Positions 37,433 through 38,168 of a DNA stretch of 38,168 nucleotides are shown here, piece after piece. Positions within the stretch are counted from its first letter, which is position 1, and the number at the start of each line of letters is the position of its first letter. Location: the sequence record DRR723986_10321; one strand, given 5' to 3'. The notes beneath the pieces were generated by a model. It was not told the DNA's origin and did no database searches. It was given only the letters and a program-made list of their open reading frames with translations. Position numbers and translations under genes: made by a program.

Positions 37433-38168
37433 GAGCTTACCGCATCAACAACGCTTTCCGTGGAACCTTGATTGGAATCTGCTGCGCACCTTTATGATCA
37501 TCGTCGAACAGCGTGGCATTTCAAAAGCTGCGGACTTTCTTGGGCTGAAACAACCAACAGTTTCAGCAGCCTTGAAACGCCTCGAAACGGCGACTGGCCG
37601 AACGCTTATCATTCGAAAACCCAATGAGTTCACGATTACGCGCGAGGGTCATGCGCTCTATTCTGAATGTGCCAAAATCTTTGGCTCAATCTCGCAGCTC
37701 CCTTCGTTGTTGAACGTCGACAATGCCGAATTGCGCGGGCACCTTTCGATCGCCACCACCAGTTCCGTTATCTCAGAACATTTTGACGATTTTCTGGACC
37801 GGTTTTCCACCGCGCATCCGCATGTCACTTATTCCTTTTCGGTTTTTGAAAGTGACGAAGTTGAAACGATGATCTCACAAAACCGAGCGAGTTTTGGCAT
37901 CTGCCTTTTGTCCAAGGCCCCGCAAAACCTCGACAGGTTCGTTTTGTACAGAGAGTTTTTTGGCCTCTACTGTGGGGCCCGCCACCCCTTATTCCATGTC
38001 GACCAGATCAACCCCAAGGATCTAGAAGGGGAACCCTTTGTAGCCTTTCAAACCGAAGCCGAAGGCGGCCCACTGGATGTCGTGTCCCGTCTTCGGGCGC
38101 GGGTGGGTCTGGCCAACACTTGGCGCGGTGTCTCTTCAAGCTTGAATGAAATCCGGCGGATGATCATG
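37431..38168 (+). CDS. LysR family transcriptional regulator (3' truncated; absent from the ORF track)
   Basis: Manual translation gives MSLPHQQRFPWNLDWNLLRTFMIIVEQRGISKAADFLGLKQPTVSAALKRLE..., a LysR HTH. The same frame reads ...NEIRRMIM at the window end. Confidence 0.92.
   Translation, partial: MSLPHQQRFPWNLDWNLLRTFMIIVEQRGISKAADFLGLKQPTVSAALKRLETATGRTLIIRKPNEFTITREGHALYSECAKIFGSISQLPSLLNVDNAELRGHLSIATTSSVISEHFDDFLDRFSTAHPHVTYSFSVFESDEVETMISQNRASFGICLLSKAPQNLDRFVLYREFFGLYCGARHPLFHVDQINPKDLEGEPFVAFQTEAEGGPLDVVSRLRARVGLANTWRGVSSSLNEIRRMIM

Noticed and set aside
1-38168. tRNA, rRNA, riboswitch, IS element, prophage or CRISPR array
   Set aside because: None recognised by eye. Intergenic gaps are short and there are no transposase or integrase ORFs. 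An Rfam/tRNAscan run would be needed to exclude small RNAs.

Overview
A gene-dense metabolic region. Gene content and style suggest an alphaproteobacterium, probably Rhodobacteraceae/Roseobacter group (inference). I saw no RNA genes, mobile elements or CRISPR arrays. In order: 3' part of putA; an orphan single-module C-A-T-TE NRPS; a sulfatase-family hydrolase divergent from MarR plus a tripartite tricarboxylate transporter (TctCBA-like); a GMC oxidoreductase, an AlkK/DmdB-type acyl-CoA ligase and TetR; a polyamine-type ABC transporter with a class III aminotransferase and a divergent LuxR-type regulator; a quinone oxidoreductase; a DEDDh exonuclease; an arsenic cassette (arsR-arsC fusion, gapdh, arsJ); a Gsp-synthetase-like ligase with a DUF1190 lipoprotein; a GlxA-type AraC regulator; and an eight-gene minus-strand operon (polar amino-acid ABC transporter, class III aminotransferase, two M20 deacylases, a broad-spectrum-type racemase with no signal peptide) divergent from a LysR gene cut by the window end. 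The best candidates for undescribed biology are the racemase/double-deacylase operon, the orphan NRPS, and an 18-bp palindrome shared by the polyamine/LuxR promoter region and the GlxA promoter region. All family calls come from motif recognition by eye; no searches were run.
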